Assembly (NCBI RefSeq): GCF_006345805.1
Contig: NC_043015.1
Span: forward strand, 49,290,001 to 49,354,000
DNA length: 64,000 bases
DNA from: Octopus sinensis
Taxonomy: Eukaryota
Direction: 5' to 3'
The notes beneath the pieces are model-generated. The model saw only the letters and a list, made by a program, of their open reading frames with translations, was not told the origin of the DNA and did no database searches. Positions 47,225 through 60,647 of this stretch are shown here, one piece after another (the stretch's first letter is position 1; each line of letters starts with the position of its first letter). The position numbers and the translations under genes are program-made.

Positions 47225-47870
47225 TACATAAAGTGTATAAGAGAGAAAGAGAGATGGACAGACAGACAGACAGCTGAAAAAGTAAATAGACAGGCTGGGA
47301 GAGAGAGAGAGAGAGAGAGAGATAGAAAGAGAGAGAGAAAGAGTGAGAGATAGGGAAAGAGAGAAAGAGAGAGAAGGTGAGAGAGAGAAGGTGAGAGATA
47401 GAAAGAGACAAAAGAAGAAAGAGAGACAGACATAGAGGGATATAGAGAGACAGGTATAGAGGGATACAGAGAAAGAGACAAAAGGAGAGAGAGGAGGTGA
47501 GAGATAGAAAGAGACAGACACAGAAGGATTAAGAGAGAAAGAGACAAAAGGGGAAAGAGAGAGAGAGCGAGACATAGAGGGATAAAGAGAGAAAGAGAAA
47601 AAAGGAGAGAGAGGGTGAGAGAGGGAAAGGGAGAAAGAGACAAAAGGAGAGAAAGTGGAAGGATGAGAGAGGGAAAGAGACAGACATATAGGGATAAAGA
47701 GAGAAAGAGACAAATGGAGAGAGAGAGGAAGGGTGAGAGAGGGAAAGAGAGACAGACATATAGGAATAAAGAGAGAAAGAGACAAAGATGACAAAGAGAG
47801 GGTGAGAGAGGGAAAGAGAGAAAGACAAAAGGAGAGAAAGAGGAAAGGTGAGAGGGAAAGAGAGACAGAC

Positions 47871-47901
<31 letters not shown>

Positions 47902-47935
47902 CTGACAGACAGACAGACGGACTGACAGACTGAGA
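47225..47935. repeat. GA-rich low-complexity tract
   Basis: Direct reading. Confidence 0.9.
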
Positions 47936-48230
47936 GGTAGGGTGTTATAGTTGTTTAGAAAACAAAATAAATAAAATTAGCAAAAGTAGTGTCCAAAATG
48001 TAAATGTGAATGAATTTTCCATGGAAATTAAACATGTATCAGTCACAGGTCTGATGTAATAACAGGGTTAAGGAGGGGGAGGAGGAGAGAGAGAGAGGGG
48101 AGAGGAGGAGGGAATGATAGGTCTTGTGGTAGAGAAACCAATGTACTATTAACAGATCAGAAAGTAACAGAAAAAACAGAAAAGGTTGACATTTCTGGTG
48201 TTGTGTAGTTCCTCAAACCTGATGCCACCT

Positions 48231-48885
48231 ATTTCTTTACTACCCACAAGAGGCTAAACACAGAGGAGACAAACAAGGACAGACAAACGGATTAAGTCGA
48301 TTATATCGACCCCAGTGCGTAACTGGTACTTTCTTTATCGACCTCGAAAGGATAAAAGGCAAAGACGATCTCGGCGAGTTTGAACTCAGAACGTAACCGC
48401 AGACGAAATACGGCTACGCATTTCGCCCGGCGTGCTAACGGTTCTGCCAGCTCGCCACCTGATTGAGCAGATCTTATATCAAAGATACTGCTGTCATCAC
48501 CAAATATTTATTTATTTATTTCCTTCAGATATTGCAAGACCAGATGTGTGGTAAGAAATTTGCTTCTCAACTACGTGGTTCCGGGTTCAGTCCCACTGCA
48601 TGGCACCTTAGGCAAAAGTCTTCTACAATAGACCCAGGCTCGACCAAACTCTTGTCAGGGGATCTGGCAGACAGAAAATGAAAAATGCCTGTTGTATGTG
48701 TGTATGTGGGTGTGTGTATCCATAAATATATACAGGAGTGGCTGTGTGGTAAGAAGTTTGCTTCCCAACCAGATGGTTCCGGGCTCAGTCCCATGCATAG
48801 CATCTTGGCAAGTGTCTTCTACTATAGCTCTTCAGGTTGACCAAAGCCTTGTGAGTGGATTTGATAGACAGAAACTGAAAGAAGC

Positions 48886-48900
<15 letters not shown>
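48231..48900. mobile_element. SINE-A (48231-48459 minus) and two SINE-B heads (48535-48680, 48733-48900 plus)
   Basis: Consensus matches. Confidence 0.82.
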
Positions 48901-48945
<45 letters not shown>

Positions 48946-49068
48946 CATACATATATACATACATATATATATATATATATAGACATATATACATACATAT
49001 ATACATACATATATAATATATACATACATATATACTATATAATATATATACTATATATATACATACAC

Positions 49069-49121
<53 letters not shown>

Positions 49122-49122
<1 letters not shown>

Positions 49123-51107
49123 TAGCTGAAGGTGACCCGCTCTACGCGCAGGTAAGAGTGTGGTTGCTACTTTCTGTTGCTTCCTTTCAGCACGTAAAAA
49201 GCCCCTCCGAACGTGGCCGATTGCAGCGCCGCCTTGACTTGCTTCTGTGCCGGTGGCACGTAAAAAGCACCAACCGATCGTTGCCGCTGTGAACCCCCTG
49301 GCACCTGTGCCGCGGCACGAAAAAAGCACCCACTACACTCACAGAGTGGTTGGCGTTAGGAAGGTCATCCACCTGTAGAAACCACTGCCAGATCAGACTG
49401 GAGCCTGTGCAGCCTCCTGGCTTCCCAGACCCCGGTCACACTGTCCAACCCGTGCTAGCACTGAAAACGGACGTTAACGATGATGATGATGATGATGATT
49501 CTCCACCTTTGTTTCTCTCTCCTTTCTCTCTCACTTTCCTCCCTCCCACCCTCTTACTTTCTTTTCTCTCGGACTCTCCCTCGCTTTCTCTACTCTCTAT
49601 CTTTATCTATCTCTCTCCCATTTATAAACAACAGAAGATCTTGAGTAAGTGAGATAAAATATTTAGAAAGATCAATCACAAATATCAGGCAGTGGCAACG
49701 GAAAGGTCTGCTTCAGGCAGACAGCAAAACACTAACATTTAAAAGGGACAGACGAACTTGCGAGCTGAATAAAAATAATAAAATATTGGAAACCAAAGTT
49801 TGAAGGGATAGAATCTGAGGATAGTAGAGTCACCATGGCTGGCATTTCTTAACGACGGACAGCAACGTATTGACCGTTTAACGGCTGGCGTAAAATTTGA
49901 ACTTGATGTAAAAGAAAATTCGTAAACACCAAGTTTTGAAGTGATTCTTTCTCACGACAGTAGACTCACCATGGCAAGCATTCAAACTTCTTTATCATGG
50001 ACGGCAACACATTGACGAAAAGGGCTGGCGCAAATTTTTTAGCTTGATGTAACAGAGAATTTCTAAACACCCGCTCCTTTAAATTTTAATCCCCTTCCAG
50101 CCCCATTTAGACCCCTTTTCAAATTTTGGTTAATATAACCCGATTTCATTCGGGTCTACTGGGGCCACATTTTATAAGATGAGGAATTTTGTCCTAGAGG
50201 TGACGCCTTTCATTTGAGGAAAAAAATAGTTGTCATGCAAACTTGCCAGCACTTTTAACATAGGTGTGCATATTTTCAGCTGAATCGACCGACTACGTAA
50301 TGCATACATTATATATATATATGTGTATATATATGTGTGTGTTGTGTGCACGCATTATATATACAAATGTATACAATGAGATATTATCTGATAAATTAAA
50401 TTAGAGATAAACACTAATAGGCAAATCAAACAGTGAAAAACCAAAAACAAAAACATTTAAAAAAATATAATATAGAAAATATATAAATATAAAATTGAAA
50501 AATTTAAATTATTTAAATTGAAAATAAAAATTATTAAATTATATTTATAATTTTGTTTAAAAATATATATAACTATGAAAAAGTTTAATAACATAAATAC
50601 AGATATATACACTTTGTATATACATATTTATATAGAACACAACACACACACACACATACATTATATATACATATTTATATATATGAACACACACACACAC
50701 ACCACATATAATGAACGCAAGATATCTGATTCATAATATTGTTCTCATGCTCGTGTGTTGTTGGTGACAGACAGATACTTAAAAGAACGCCGCCGACGTG
50801 ATGGGAAGTAGGAAACAGAGTCAGTGAAAAAGAGAGAATAGCGAGAGTGACAGATACTTTAATAACGGTAGTGGCATTCTCAAATTATAAATGAAGGGGT
50901 AAGAGAGGGAAAGGAGGAATAGTGTGAGTGAGGAAGATGGCCCCCCTAGCAACCACACCTTTTAAGATAGGGATTTCTAAGGTAGCCCACGAGCATCGTC
51001 ACCTCATTCTACATGTCCCTGTAAATTTTGGAGCGAATCGGACGGGACGTAGTGGCATTGAAAGCGATCCAAGCGGTAAAAATGTATTTCAGTTTTATAT
51101 ATAGAGA
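49122..51107 (-). mobile_element. Helitron-like element(s): 5' TCTCTATATATAAAA at 51107; hairpin plus CTAG 3' end at 49122; nested RTE UTR at 49190-49500
   Basis: Minus-strand A|TC start and CTAG|T end; internal about 130-bp imperfect direct repeats at 49820-50070. May be two separate elements. Confidence 0.6.
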
Positions 51108-51991
51108 TATCATCATCATCATCGTGCTGGTGGCACATAAATATATATATATACATAATGTATGTGAACTTTTTTCTTCTGTCATAATGTTTCATAATTA
51201 AGACAGGAGTGTCTTATTCTCTTCAGCTGTTTGTCAGCCACCACAGTTAGTGATTTGACCAACACTTACTCATGTACTTTGTACTGTTGGTTTAAAAAAA
51301 AAATACTAATAACATTCTACAAACAGGAACTGGATTATATTTCATTCAATGGTTCATGTTGCTCATTAAAAATAATGTACAGATCTTAGTTCAGTTTTTG
51401 GATAAACTCAATTTATTAAAATGGAACGCTTTTTACACAATATAAAATGTCATATTTTCAAGGCCTTTTGTATAAAAAAAAATAAAATCTTTGGATTTGA
51501 AAAATTACAAGTCTGTTACACTTCCAATCTGTTTTGTTTCACTCAAAATTAATAGAAGTTAGTCTGGTCTATTACCATAATGATAGAATTTTGTCTGTCT
51601 TTTAGAGGTTACATCTCAAAACATCAGTAAATTGTAGTGATAACTGTGAAGTTAATGCAAAAGGCGCTATCCAAACTTTAAACTGGTATGATTATCTTCT
51701 GGAAGGAAATCTGAATATAGCATTCAGTTTACTTTGTCAAATTATATACTTACATATTCAAATTTCATAAAATTAATCCTGTATTATCTTGGAGTAAAGA
51801 TTTTTGCCAACATAACATGATAGTCCTGTTTAGAATGAATGTTGCTGAAATTTAGCCCCAGGAGACATCGTCTCCAGCTGGCTATACAATATGATCTGTG
51901 TCCTTAGATTTTCGAACAAGGGAATCTAGCACCCCCACTCAGCTCAAATATAAGGACACAGATCCTGTGACCCACTGAGCCATGCACCTTC

Positions 51992-52055
<64 letters not shown>

Positions 52056-52064
52056 ATATATATT

Positions 52065-52475
52065 CTCTTTTACTCTTTTTTGTTTCAGTCATTTGACTGC
52101 AGCCATGCTGGAGCACCACTTTTTAATTGAGCAACTCGACCCCGGGACTTATTCTTTGTAAACCCAGTACTTATTCTATCAGTCTCTTTTGCCGAACCGC
52201 TAAGTGACGGGGACGTAAACACACCAGCATCGGTTGTCAAGCAATGCTAGGGGGACAAACACAGACACACACACATACACATACATATATATATATATAT
52301 ATACATATATACGACGGGCTTCTTTCAGTTTCTGTCTACCAAATCCACTCACAAGGCTTTGGTCGGCCCGAGGCTATAGTAGAAGAGACTTGCCCAAAGT
52401 GCCACGCAGTGGGACTGAACCTGGAACCATGTGGTTGGTAAGCAAGCTACTTACCACACAGCCACTCCTGCGCCT
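52065..52475 (-). mobile_element. SINE-B, full length
   Basis: Consensus match. Confidence 0.88.
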
Positions 52476-52689
52476 ATATGTATATATTGTGTATATAGGT
52501 GTGTGTGTGTGTGAATATATATTTGTATGTATGTGTGTGTGTGTGTGTGTGTGTGTGAATCTCACATGATCAAACAAACTACCAGATGTTATACATCGCT
52601 GGTCACAATGCGCTTTGCTTCATTCTAGCTTCTGGTGATTTGCCTATACAGTTAAGTACTATATAGGTGTGAAACCAATGGTAAATCTA

Positions 52690-53347
52690 TGACTGGCCCA
52701 AACTTTGGGCCTCATGGAAGCAGGCACAAGCGAATGAGACATTTGGCAATATGCCGTGCTTGAGAAGACCAGTCAAACCAAATGGAATCATAGTCATGGG
52801 TGATACTAGTGTTATGCAAGTGGCACCTGTGCCAGTGACATGTAAAAAACACCATTCAACCAATCAAACCAAATGAAATCGTAGTCATGGTCGATGTCAG
52901 TGTTGCATAAATGGCACATAAAATGCACTGTTTGATCTGTCAAGCCAAGTGAAATCATAGTTGTCTGAATGCCAGTGTCGCATAACTGGCACCCATACCG
53001 GTGCCATGTACAAAACACCATTCAAATATTGGTCCTCGTGGAGACAGTGATAAGTGACTAAGCCCTTTGGCAATATGCTGTGCTTGAGAAAAACACTCAT
53101 CAAGGCAACTGAGATCATAGCCAGGGCCAATGTCAGAGTTATATAACTGGCACCTGTGCCAGAGACACGTAAAAAGCATCTACTACACTCTTGGAGTGGT
53201 TGGCATTAGGAAGGGCATCTAGTGGTAGAAACCTTGCCAGATCAGATTGGTAACTGGTGCAGCTCTCTAGCTTGCCAGTTTTCAGTTAAACCATCCAACC
53301 CATGCCAGCATGGAAAAATGAACTTTAAATGATGATGATGATGATGA

Positions 53348-53381
<34 letters not shown>

Positions 53382-53405
53382 CAATGATGATGATGATGAT
53401 GGTGA
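52690..53405 (+). mobile_element. RTE 3' end with internally repeated UTR modules and (GAT)n tail
   Basis: GGCAATATGC.GTGCTTGAGAA and AAGTGAAATC.TAGT modules recur; standard RTE tail. Confidence 0.8.
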
Positions 53406-53739
53406 TGATTAACAGATGAGATCCAGAGGTGCTCAATATAGAAAACACTTGGTAGCTCTGAAATTATTTGAACTTACGCTTCAAAATCTTTACTATGGAC
53501 TAAGTCTTTGAGGTAAAGAGTGGGTATAAGAGGAATCCAGGTGAGCTGATATCTGTTTTACTCAAGGACACACCATTTCAGAGCCTTTCGGTGACATACA
53601 CTCATTAACTCTCATTTATATGGCAGATATATCTGTACTAGATAACATCTGGTAACCGATACCTGCAGAGCAGCTTTGGAAAACATGCAATAAAGTTATT
53701 ATCTAGATAATGTAAATACACACACACCCACACACATAT

Positions 53740-54205
53740 AGTGTGTGTATATATATATATAATATATATATATATATACCTAATATATATTATATATAAT
53801 ATATATATAATAATATATATATATATATAATACAATATATATATACATAATATATGCATACATAATATATATATACATAATATATAATACATAATCCTTA
53901 TACATAATATATATATACATAATAATTATATACATAATATTATACATAATATATATAATAATATATATATACATAATATATATAGAAAATATATGTGTGT
54001 GTATGTGTAAATATATATATATATATATATATATCTGTGTGTGTAATGTGTATGTATAATATATATCTGTGTGTGTGTGTGTGTATTGGTATGTATGTGC
54101 TAGAGATATAGATTTATAGACGGCTAGACAATATTGGTATATACACAGACAAGATGTAAACACCATGTCAGTATTTACATATGCATGCATATATTATATA
54201 TATGT

Positions 54206-54254
<49 letters not shown>

Positions 54255-54255
54255 C
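53740..54255. repeat. (TA)n-rich microsatellite
   Basis: Direct reading. Confidence 0.93.
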
Positions 54256-54269
54256 GATACAATATGTTA

Positions 54270-55500
54270 CATTACTCGTAGTCAGATAAACTCTGAGTTT
54301 CAGATGCCGAGTGGAAATCCACAACACCATCTCTCGGTTATCTGGCTATTTGAAAACGTTATGAAAAAATACCGTTAAAAATGAAGGGAATTACTCTGTT
54401 ATAACTCTGCTTTGGCCTGCGACTTATACATCGCTCGCATTTTTCGTCATAAAAATATATAAAAATCATAAAAATATATAAAAATATATAAAATATATAA
54501 AATCTTCTTGGACATAACACAGAAGCATTCTAAACCGTTTTCTTTAGGGGACTCAACTTAACAGAAATTTAGTCACATGTGGGCAGATCCGAAAGCTCTG
54601 TCCTTGTATTTAGACATGTGTAGGGTCTAAGCTGCTTTCCAGATAAGCCATCTCTCCATGTCGCATAAACCGCACCTTCCGCTGCCGGTAGTATAGGGCT
54701 TACATCTGGCCAAAATCTTTCCATTGTATGTTATAATCGACACCTTTCTCTCTTAAAAACGACCAAATATGATTGGATAATTGTGTCGCTTTTCTTTGTT
54801 CCAGTGCCTAAAGCTCAAAGTGTGGTTATTGAACCTGGCCTTGAATGAAAGTACCCTCTGTCAGCCCACGTATTTCTTCGTCGAAACGGTGTCTTGTGTT
54901 GTTATAGAGTTTACGGTAGCTTCATATTTGGGTCTTGGACATGCAAGCTCATTTAGCGGGCACAATTCTTTATTCCTGCATGAACATCTGTTTTTCTCTG
55001 GTGTTTTTTGTATGTTCTGATTGATTATGTTTTTAAAATTGGTAGTTGAACTAAAACTATTTTTAATTGTGTCTATTAAAGAGTTTCCTATAAGATGTTT
55101 ACTGGAAAATGTCTATCTATCAGTGCTAGGAACGATTTACCTATATTGAAGGCCACCTCGGGTGAGTAAGGGGGCGTAAACCAGAGTGACCTCCTATTTC
55201 TATTATTCCTTTTCCTATTGTTGGCTGGTGATAGGTGTATATTTTATTTTTGCGCTAAACCACTATCTTTTAAAGCTTTATATAAACTGGGGCAAACGCT
55301 ATTGAAGATGTCCTCATTAGATGAGAGGCTAGAAATCTCTTACTAATATTTAACTAAATTTTTGAATACTATCAGGGGAATGCATGAACCTACATTAATA
55401 TAACTTATCTATCATTGGGCTTCCTATAAGGCTTAAAAATTATTATTAAGATCTAAGGAAACGTCTAAGAATTGACAACCGTCAGGTTAGTGTCTAATAG
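54270..55500 (-). mobile_element. Penelope-like retroelement: RT C-terminal region plus GIY-YIG endonuclease, frameshifted
   Basis: Manual translation: VNxLDVSLDL..KPYRKPND; WFTPPYS..NIGKSFLALIDRHFP (55164-55183); CSCRNKELCPL; YEATV (54912-54926); YVG-LTEGTF..RFNNH; LSNHIWS..YNIQWK..CGLC (54663-54674). Confidence 0.9.
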
Positions 55501-56014
55501 TTATACTAAGTCCGTATATAAATACATCACCACACATGTGCAATCAATAATCAAGGATATAATAATAGATAATAATGGAGGTAGTTTAACAGGTTTAAGG
55601 TAAAAAAACACATCAAGTGGAGAGGGAGAAAGACAGAGGAGTGTAAACAATGAGAGAGGGCAGGAGGAGATAATAGAGGGGGGGGATAGTAGAGTGAAGA
55701 CAGCTGCGTGGGTGGAGGTGAGTGAAGGCAGAGGGATGGGGGAATGAGGATGAAGAAGAATGGAGAGCAAAGAGTGAATAGTGAGAAATGTAGGGGAGAG
55801 AGAGAGAGTGAGAGAGAGAGAGTGAGAGGGAGAGAGAGAAAAGTAAACAGAAGGGAGATACGTACACACACATAGATACACATACATAAACACACACACA
55901 CATATATATATACATACATATACACACACACATATATACAAACACATTTATACATATATTTATACACATTTATACACATATATATATATATATACACATT
56001 TATACATATATACT

Positions 56015-56400
56015 CTTTTTAATTTGTTTCAGGCATTTGACTGTGGCCATGCTGGAGTACTGCCTTTGGTCGAGCAAATCAACCCCAGAACTTATTCTTT
56101 GTAAGCCTAGTACTTATTCTATCGGTCTCTTTTGCTGAAGCACTAAGTTACAGGGACGTAAACACACCAACATTGGTTGTCAAGCGATGTTTGGGGGACA
56201 AACACAGACACACAAACATATATACACACATATATACGACGGGTTTCTTTCAGTTTCTGTCTACCAAATCCACTCACAAGGCTTTAGTCGGCCCAAGGTT
56301 ATAGTAGAAGACACTTGCCCAAGGTGCCATGCAGTGGGACTGAACCCGGAACCATGTGGTTGGTAAGCAAGCTACTTACCACACAGCCACTCCTATGCCT
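56015..56400 (-). mobile_element. SINE-B, full length
   Basis: Consensus match. Confidence 0.87.
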
Positions 56401-57249
56401 AATACATATTATATTTATATATTATATATATATATATATACATACACATTTATACAACCACACACACACATATATATTATATATACTATATAGAATAAAA
56501 CTTATATATAAAGAACGTGAAATTCACGAATTGACAAACACGGAAAAACGGACAGTAATCAGAGCCTTCATCTTCAGTCAGAAACCGATATATAATACAT
56601 CACCATCACTGACCGACCAGTCCTCAGATAGTTACACATCGATGGTCACAATGCGTTAGCATTGTTTTAGCCTTCGATGACGCCACCCCGCGCCCGACTG
56701 ACCACCAGGCCGTTGCTAAGACGATAGCCATATTATATATGATTATTATATATATATATAGATAGATATATTATAATATATATATATTATATATATTATA
56801 TATATATACATACACATATATATATATACATACATACATATACACATTATATATACACACAGTATTATACATACACATTTATATGTGAGAGGATGAGAGG
56901 GGAGAGAGGGAGAGATAGTGAAAGTACTAGAAAACAGTGTTTGGAAAGTTTCAAGCCAGAAGAATCAGTGGTCGTTCGTCTCAGTAGTTATTATCAAGTT
57001 TGGTTTTACAGTCGATAATTACAGTTGTCGATTCACCGAGAAGGGATGGAAATAAAACGAAAATAAGCCACCCATCTAACTAACCACACACTAATTCTGC
57101 ACTACTAAACATAACCGAGATAACTAGGATTATATATAACTTAACTACTTATACCCTACTCTGAATTAGGACGACCATGAAACACATTCTCAGTGTTCGT
57201 AGGAATGTACTTCACTGAGTGACACCGTTCTGAATACACTAAATATTGG

Positions 57250-57625
57250 ATACTCTTTTAACTTGTTTCAGTGATTTGACTGCGGCCATGCTGGAGCACC
57301 GCCTTTAATCGAGCAACTCGACCACGGGACTTATTCTTTTGTAAGCCCAGTACTTATTCTAGCGCTCTCTTTTGCCGAACCGCTAAGTAACGGGGACATA
57401 AACACACCAGCATCGGTTGTCAAACAATGCTAGGGTGACAACCATACATTCTATATACCTATATACGACGGGCTTCTTTCAGTTTCCGTCTACCAAATCA
57501 CTCACAAGGCTGTTCGGCCCGAGGCTATAGTAGAAGACACTTTCCCAAGGTGCCACGCAGTGGGACTGAACCGACGGAACCATGTGGTTGGTAAGCAAGC
57601 TACTTACCACACAGCCACTCCTGTG
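57250..57625 (-). mobile_element. SINE-B with scattered 1-3 nt indels
   Basis: Consensus match with small deletions. Confidence 0.85.
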
Positions 57626-57929
57626 GTGATCAAAGAAAATGTTGGGATTGATTTAGAGAGATAGATAACTTTCTTTATTGGCCACACAGGGCTAGACACA
57701 GAGGGGACAATTACAATGTAGAGTTTTTTTTCTTTTCGAGGGGGTGGGCGAAAAAAAAGAAGAAAAAAGGACAATGATCAAAAGGGATCGAAATAGTTAG
57801 GGACATATGCAAAAAAAAGTCAAACGGTACAAATTGTTCCCAAGAAATGGGGAGGTTTATCTGTGGAAAGAAAATCCTACGAAAAGACCACAGTAACCTT
57901 GGGAAATTATGTCACATATTAACATATTT

Positions 57930-57951
57930 ATTTACAGACAGATAGATAGAC

Positions 57952-57998
<47 letters not shown>

Positions 57999-58222
57999 CA
58001 GACAGATAGATAGATAGATAGACAGACAGATAGACAGACAGACAGATAGATAGATAGATAGATAGATAGACAGACAGATAGACAGATAGATAGATACATA
58101 GACAGATAGATACATAGATAGACAGATAGATAGATAGACAGACAGACAGATAGACAGACAGATAGAGAGACAGATAGACAGACAGATAGATAGACAGATA
58201 GATAGATAGACAGATAGATAAG

Positions 58223-58258
<36 letters not shown>

Positions 58259-58262
58259 CAAA
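57930..58262. repeat. (AGAT)n/(AGAC)n tetranucleotide microsatellite
   Basis: Direct reading. Confidence 0.95.
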
Positions 58263-58766
58263 GAGTGAGGGTCAGAGAGAGAAAGAGAAAGAGGAGGAGA
58301 GGGAGGAATATCTGTTTATCTTTATCATTAGCAAGATATTGAGGCCTTGTTGACCAGACAGATGTCCCGTTAGTGCGAAGTATAAATAAGTTGTTATCTT
58401 TCTTTCATGCTCTACCATCATAAGCAAAGTAAGGCTCATCGATTAAATGTAATATCTTGTTTTGAGCTCAAATCCTGCCATGATCAACTTTGACTTTCGC
58501 CCTTTTGGGATCGATAAAGTAATCAAATAATTCCCCCACCCACTGCTGCCATCCCAACACTGCAAAATTTCAGGCTTTGCGCCTACAATAGAAATTTTCA
58601 TCATTTCGGATGAAGATGTTATCGACTGTCCAACTCCTCCCACCACCACCAAATTTCAGGCCTTGTGCCTATAGGAGAAAGGCTTATTACTACTGTTGTT
58701 GTTGTTGTTGATGTCGATAAGGTGTTGAGCTGGCAGGATTGTTGCCACAGCGGTATTTCACCCGTC

Positions 58767-59155
58767 GGCGAGCTGGCAGAAACGTTAGCACGCTGGGCGA
58801 AATGCTTAGCGGTATTTCGTCTGCGTTACGTTGTGAGTTCAAATTCTGCCGAGGTCGACTTTGCCTTTCATCCTTTCGGGGTCGATAAATTAAGTACCAG
58901 TTACGCACTGGGGTCGATGTAATCGACTTAATACCAATGTCTGTCCTTGTTTGTCCCCTCTGTGTTTAGCCCCTTGTGGGTAGTAAAGAAATAGGTATTT
59001 CACCCGTCGCTACATTCTGGGTTCAAATTCTGCTCAGGTTGACTTTGCCTTTCATCCTTTCGGGGTTGACAAATTAAGTACCAGTGAAACACTGGGGTTG
59101 ATGTAATTGACTAGTCTCCACCCAACCAAATTTCAGACCTTGTGCCTTTAGTAGA
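58767..59155 (+). mobile_element. SINE-A dimer
   Basis: Junction GAAATA|GGTATTTC at about 58993. Confidence 0.87.
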
Positions 59156-59162
59156 TGTTGAT

Positions 59163-59362
59163 GTTCATTATTTACAATGGACGGATAGGTCTCCTCACCT
59201 TGTCTGTTGTTATCAGGTGTTCTCGTGGAATTTCAAACTTAACCTTTTATTTGATTAATATTACTTGATATTATTTTTCAAGTCCCTACCTGGGATTGAA
59301 CATAGAATCCGAGGTTCATGCTGGAGCACTGCAAACTCTTATCCAATACACTATATGCCCAT
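59163..59362 (-). mobile_element. Old HH-SINE copy with most of the hammerhead deleted
   Basis: cattatttaca..gga.gata..tcctca.cttgt.tgttgtta is joined directly to tcaggtgt, followed by a degenerate head (gggattgaac..gaatcc..atgccc). Confidence 0.55.
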
Positions 59363-59409
59363 CAGCAATTATAGACCTAGTATTTTATGTGTATTTTAGT
59401 ATTTTATGT

Positions 59410-59750
59410 GAAGGCACATGGCTCAGTGGTTAGAGCGTTGAGCTTAAGATCGTGAGGTTGTGAGCTCGAATCCTAGACCAGGGTGTGTGTTGTGTTCTTG
59501 AGCAAGACACTTTATTTCACGTTGCTCCAGTTCACTCAGCTATAGAAATGAGTAGCGACAGTCACAGGTGCCAAGCTGTATAGCCCTTTGCATTTCCCTT
59601 GGATAACACTGGTAGCGTGGAGAATGGAGGCCGGTATGCTTGGGCGACTGTTGGTCTTCTATAAATAACCATGCCTGGACTTGTGCCTGGGAGGGTAACT
59701 TTCTAGGTACAATCCCATGGTCTGTGTTGTGATCAAAGGGGGTCTCAGAT
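59410..59750 (+). mobile_element. SINE-E
   Basis: Head GGCACATGGCTCAGTGGTTAGAGCG..GCTCGAATCC; homologous to 23205-23520. Confidence 0.82.
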
Positions 59751-60140
59751 TTTATCTTCTTAATACTAGTTCCCATATTGTATTCATATCTGCACTAGGT
59801 CTGTTTAGGGCTACTAACCCTCGGATTCTAAGTTCAATCCCGGGTAGGTGGTGCTCCAGTATGGCCACAGTCAAATGACTGAAACAAGTAAAAGAGTTAA
59901 AAGAGAGAGTAACCTTCATCTACCAAGTCTTGTGGCTGCACATACATAACAATTCCTTCTGGAAATTTCTCGTTTACCATAATTTTTCTTTTGGAAACAG
60001 TTATCACCTCTATTGTACTACCATCTATCATACAAGAAACAACTAAGGCAAACTTTTATTTTCTTGCTATGTCCAGTCAATTTTTACACATGAGTTTTCT
60101 TTCTGATTCGTTTCACAGTTTACTTCTCTGCCATGTTTAA

Positions 60141-60360
60141 CCCTTTAGTGTTTGCATTATTCTGCCAAAATTAATCCTTTTTCATCCACATTGCTTTGAA
60201 CTAATCATGCATTATATTGTAGCTATGAGATTTTGATGGGGTAGCTGTTAATTTTTTAAAAGATATTGTAGGGTTGGTGTGAGAGGCTAGATCTGACCAG
60301 TTGAACATAAAATAGGCAGAATACTTTTGGCCAGATATGGTTGGTTTAAATGCTAAGGGG
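60141..60360. mobile_element. piggyBac-type MITE family 2 (TTAA TSD)
   Basis: TTAA at 60137-60140 and 60361-60364; ends CCCTTTAG/CTAAGGGG. Related decayed pieces near 16530-16635, 23095-23200 and 44520-44740. Confidence 0.8.
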
Positions 60361-60647
60361 TTAAACTAAAAGCAGCTTTGTTCATATTTCCAATACAAGA
60401 TAACACACATCCTTCCTTCTGTTGATTTCTGATTACAAATTAGTGAAACATTAGTTCTCTATGATCCAAATCAGCAGGTAGCTTTTTTCGCAGTCTTTCT
60501 TTCCCACTAAAGTGTTAAATTATACCATTTCATAAATCTTGTGCATCATCTGGCACTTACAGTTGAGCAGATAGTGAAGGCAGTTGATGGATGGGGGAGA
60601 GTCCCTCCTTGGCGATACTTCTATGGAGGTAATGCTTTTGGGTCTGA

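Noticed and set aside
54405-54455. Hammerhead in the 3' region of the second Penelope element
   Set aside because: A GCGA/TCGC hairpin and TGACGA are present on the minus strand, but spacing is wrong and GAAA is absent.
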